The notes beneath the pieces are model-generated. The model made no database searches and was not told where the DNA came from. It saw only the letters and a program-made list of their open reading frames with translations. Positions 60,208 through 64,000 of a stretch of DNA of 64,000 nucleotides are shown in pieces; positions within the stretch are counted from its first letter, which is position 1, and each line of letters opens with the position of its first letter. The DNA comes from Paraspadella gotoi (lineage: Eukaryota > Animalia > Chaetognatha), in contig CM119263.1 of NCBI GenBank assembly GCA_051294375.1, positions 16,160,532 through 16,224,531 of the forward strand, read 5' to 3'. The position numbers and the translations under genes were made by a program.

Positions 60208-61950
60208 GAAAAACCGCTTAATTTTGTTCCACCAGAAAAAACCAGATCTGTCTACGTAAAACGGTCGAAGGATACTCGAAGATAAACGAAAAAAGAATAA
60301 CAAAAGTATTGTTAAAAAAAAGTTAAATCATTTTCATTTTACCATCATAGTATTCACGTTTGGTAGTAAGAAAGAAAAACATTTCGTCCACCCTTGAAAA
60401 ACCTTGTTGGCGAACTTCGAAACGATTCTATTTTTTAACTTTTCAAGATTTCAGAGAAGTTCATGGAAAAAAATTGGCGCTATATGTATAATTAGCAAGG
60501 TTTCCCACAAACGCAGTAACAACACCTGGTGTATTTTTCTGGAAGGTTCAGTTTTTAAATGGGCTCGCGGAAAATGAGTGACCAAGGATTAAAAAACAAA
60601 AATATTTTTTCAAATAAATTTTTTAACAACGCGCTCTAACCCCTCGGGAAGAACTTGGTTTTTAGTTTCCTTGGTGTTTTAGGCGAAAATTTGGTTAGTT
60701 TAGTGATTTCCAAACGATCCTGTCATTCTATTTCAGTGTCTATGTACATCTTGCATGCAAAAATACCAGAATGCGACCCCGTTAGCAGCAATGTTCATAA
60801 CCTCCTTTTTCCATTCCTATAATGCGTTTCAGCTTATAACAACGAAACGGATTTTCGGAAAAAAATTTTTTTGACTTTCCACACTCGTCCCAAAAAAAAT
60901 CATACACATTATCCAATGACACAAAACTGGGAGTGAATGTATAAATATACTTTCGTCAGTTTTCAGCGTGCGATCGCATTTTTTTTAAAATAAGATTATT
61001 TCTACTAGTTTATTCAGTACACTGACCACCAATCTCTTAAGTCTTTGCAGATGTACATTTAAAACGATTTTGAGATAATTCTTAACAATTTTTTAACGTA
61101 AAATTGGAGAAGGAAGATTCCTTTTAGACCCCCATCGCACGCGGCTACAGTTAGTTTGTATGTTTTTTCGCTCAATCATCGAACATACACCCGTAAGGAT
61201 GTGCAATGAGAAGAGGGGTTCAAAAAGCCGAGATTTTTTGATCCTTCGTTGTCAGCAATATAACCGCAATTTCGGAGAGAAAAATCTCGCGCGCGCGATC
61301 GTTATATCACGACCGCCTTGGCCGACAATCAGGTCATTAAAATCACCGTATTTTTTTTACTAGATAATTAGACAAATTGACCTTCTTCCGAAATGCATTC
61401 TCTCCAGAAGTAAAACAGAAACCATCAGAATACGGTTTTTAAGAATTTTTTTTTGTTTTAGCCTATTTTCCAGGGCTTTTTCTTACCAGTTTTTAAAGAA
61501 CTCTTAGTGATCCCATATTTACCAGTTTTTTCTTGTTTCGTAATTTACATGATTGTCGATGAACGGCTAGTTATATTTTATCTGGGAGAGGGCCTTTTGT
61601 GCTGTTTGTTGATGATGCATCCGAATTATTATTCTTATTAAATTCTTTTTTCTCCCATTTGCAAGACATTGCCTGTAGCTCTGCAGCCAGAGCTACTTTC
61701 ATATTTTTCGTTTGCCGTATTTGTGTACAAGTATGATAACGATAAACGAATTTTTTGAATCTCTCTCTATTAATTTGAATTAATTTTTTTTTTAATTGAT
61801 CGTCTTTACAAACTAGCATATAGTACAGTTCACTTTTTCTCCTGAGTTTTTTGTTCTTTACTCTAGATTGCTTAGCTAAATAACGAAATTTCTGTTCGGG
61901 ACGGGCTCGTCCTGGCCCGTCCCCGTCCCGTCAAGTTTCGGGGAGTGACC

Positions 61951-63123
61951 ATGTCCGGCGACGAGACCCCCGGCGTGTCGCGAACTTTAAGACACAAAGA
62001 GAGACAGAGATACTTAGATGATGAAGGACTCACGCCCACCGTGGACGAAAGCGACGGCCCCGGGTTCAACCTCGAAGAAAAACTCTCCGTCAAAGAAATT
62101 TACAATGCCAGGCTCGTGCAAGAGATCCGAACAAACGAGTTCAACCTCAAATATTTTCAAGAGCACGGCTTTCACGCACCGCTTCTCTTTCACAACAAAG
62201 AAGGATTGGGACTCAAGGTTTTATATTAAATCAATTTGACATATTTTTGTATCACCGTTGTCATTATTACTCGTAATTGAAATTAACGATCGTCAGGTCC
62301 CCTCGTCCGATTTCACCGTAAACTACGTAAAAAATCTGGTTGGTGCCAAGCGGATGGTCGACGTAGTCGACGTCCAGACCCAAAAGGGTAGTGAGATGAC
62401 GATGAAAGACTTCGTTAAATATTACGAAAACCCAAATGATCGTCGACAACTCCTAAACGTTATCTCCCTCGAGTTTTCCAAGTAATTTTAACTTCTTTTT
62501 ATAGGTTTATTTGAATTTCATTAAAGCATTCATCTAACTTAATTGATTTGATTAATTCAAGGACCAAAATGGAGCCGCTAGTGCAGGCGCCTGCCCTTGT
62601 GCGCCAGGTCGACTGGGTTGACTGTGTATGGCCCCGCGATCTGAAGGACGCCCACAACGACTCCACCAATAATATTAAAACCATGAAGTATCCCAAAGTA
62701 CAAAAGTACGTGCTAATGTCAGTCGCGGGCTGTTACACGGATTTTCATATTGACTTCGGTGGAACTTCCGTTTGGTAAGTACTTACGACTTGGGAACTTG
62801 TCGGTTTTTGCGTTTTGATTCTTATATGGACCCAAACAGATCATATATTTTATAGGTATCACGTGCTTCGAGGTAAAAAGATTTTCTGGTTGATCCCTTC
62901 CACGGCTGAGAATTTCGACCTCTACATTAACTGGACGTTAAGTGGCCACCAGGACAAGTGCTTCTTCGGCGACATCGTTGCACAATGCCAACGAGTTGAA
63001 CTAGTTGCCGGCGACACATTTATGATCCCCACTGGATGGATCCATGCTGTGTACACTCCTGAAGATTCTTTAGTTTTTGGTGGAAACTTTCTCCATTCAT
63101 ACAACATGACAAAACAACTACAG
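61951..63123 (+). CDS. KDM2: JmjC histone H3K36 demethylase KDM2/JHDM1, first 4 coding exons; gene continues beyond the window
   Basis: Exons 61951-62217, 62297-62481, 62562-62774, 62856-63123. N-terminus RYLDD...[50 protein letters not shown] and FGGNFLHS match KDM2A/B. Confidence 0.92.
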
Positions 63124-63374
63124 GTAATTTTTTATCTTAATATTAATTCATTTATGCTTTTTTTGACCGTTGTCATCATCGTCATGCTGTTTTAACATTG
63201 AATATAGCTTAAGTATGTAACCATAAGAAGCTGAAAATTTAGATATGGCTTCTTATTATAAAGTTTTTTCCGTCATAGCTTCTTCTGATTCGTCTAAAAA
63301 CGAGTTTGCTTTGCAGCGGCTGTCCAGATTTTTTTTTTCTCTTTCACACACGTATTTGTTTATTTTTATTTACA

Positions 63375-63768
63375 ATGATTATCATCGTATCAATGAATGA
63401 CGTTCATCGCATTAATGAATAATTATCATCGCATTAATGAATGACTATCGTCATATCCATCATTTGGTTATTATCGCATCCATTATTTGGTTATCATCAC
63501 ATCCATTTTGGTTATCGTATCAATCATTTGGTTATCATCTCATCAATCATTTGGTTATCATTGCATCAATCATTTGGCTATCATCGCATCAATCATTTGG
63601 TTATTATCGAATCAATCCTTTGGTTATCATTGCATTAATATTTAATTATTATTGCATCAATAATCAATTACCATTATATCAATCAATCAATTACTATTAC
63701 ATCAATCAATCAATTATTATTATATTAATTATTATTGCATCAATAATTCGTTATCGCATCAATCATTC
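63375..63768 (+). repeat. Minisatellite family, copy 3 (KDM2 intron)
   Basis: Same units and leader; source of the spurious HHLVII/IIWLS ORFs. Confidence 0.85.
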
Positions 63769-63809
63769 TTTTTTTTTTTTAGATTTTTTCATTAGAGAAT
63801 TGACAAAGT

Positions 63810-64000
63810 TTTTGTTTGCAACGAATTTTATTTATAGTTGAACAGACATGTTTCGACTTGTTTTACAAGTCTTCATCAGCGTTTTGACACTTCAGTGACG
63901 GCCCGCGGCTCCCTACGTGAGCATTTGGTGAAACCGAAAGATAAAATCCCCAGACCGAAAACATCAGGAGCCGTCTACTGGGCGGCCTGTGCAGGGGCGG
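63810..64000 (+). mobile_element. Penelope-like retroelement in KDM2 intron: inverted terminal fragment, then 5'-truncated ORF at the RT-linker/GIY-YIG boundary; runs off the window
   Basis: 63889-63999 reads TSVTARGSLREHLVKPKDKIPRPKTSGAVYWAACAGA, matching the Penelope LxxxLVxPKD...SGxVYxxxC linker and GIY motif; preceded by an antisense hammerhead. Confidence 0.8.
63845..63879 (-). ncRNA. Minimal type I hammerhead ribozyme motif, intact core
   Basis: Minus strand reads aacg-CUGAUGA-a-gacuug-uaaaa-caaguc-GAAA-cau-GUC-uguu. Confidence 0.8.

Overview
Eukaryotic (metazoan, probably invertebrate) genomic DNA with spliceosomal GT-AG introns. Left part (1-26 kb): one 14-exon minus-strand MMP21 orthologue with large, (GA)n-rich introns, an unusually long N-terminus and an expanded multi-furin-site prodomain. 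Middle part (26-41.8 kb): AT-rich intergenic DNA with non-autonomous transposons, including a Transib/RAG-like element with RSS-type CACAGTG ends, a tRNA-derived SINE, Helentron-like elements and a ~324-bp fixed-end repeat. Right part (41.8-64 kb): a compact same-strand cluster ELP1 - UGP2 - HM13(SPP) - Y-box protein - KDM2 (partial). ELP1 and UGP2 are only 149 bp apart and several genes have an apparently unpaired splice acceptor just before the ATG, which suggests an operon resolved by SL trans-splicing. Four introns in this cluster carry Penelope-like insertions with minimal hammerhead ribozymes whose helix II co-varies between copies; three are palindromic and one is followed by a GIY-YIG fragment. 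All exon structures were assembled by hand from splice signals and reading-frame phase; no database searches were run.
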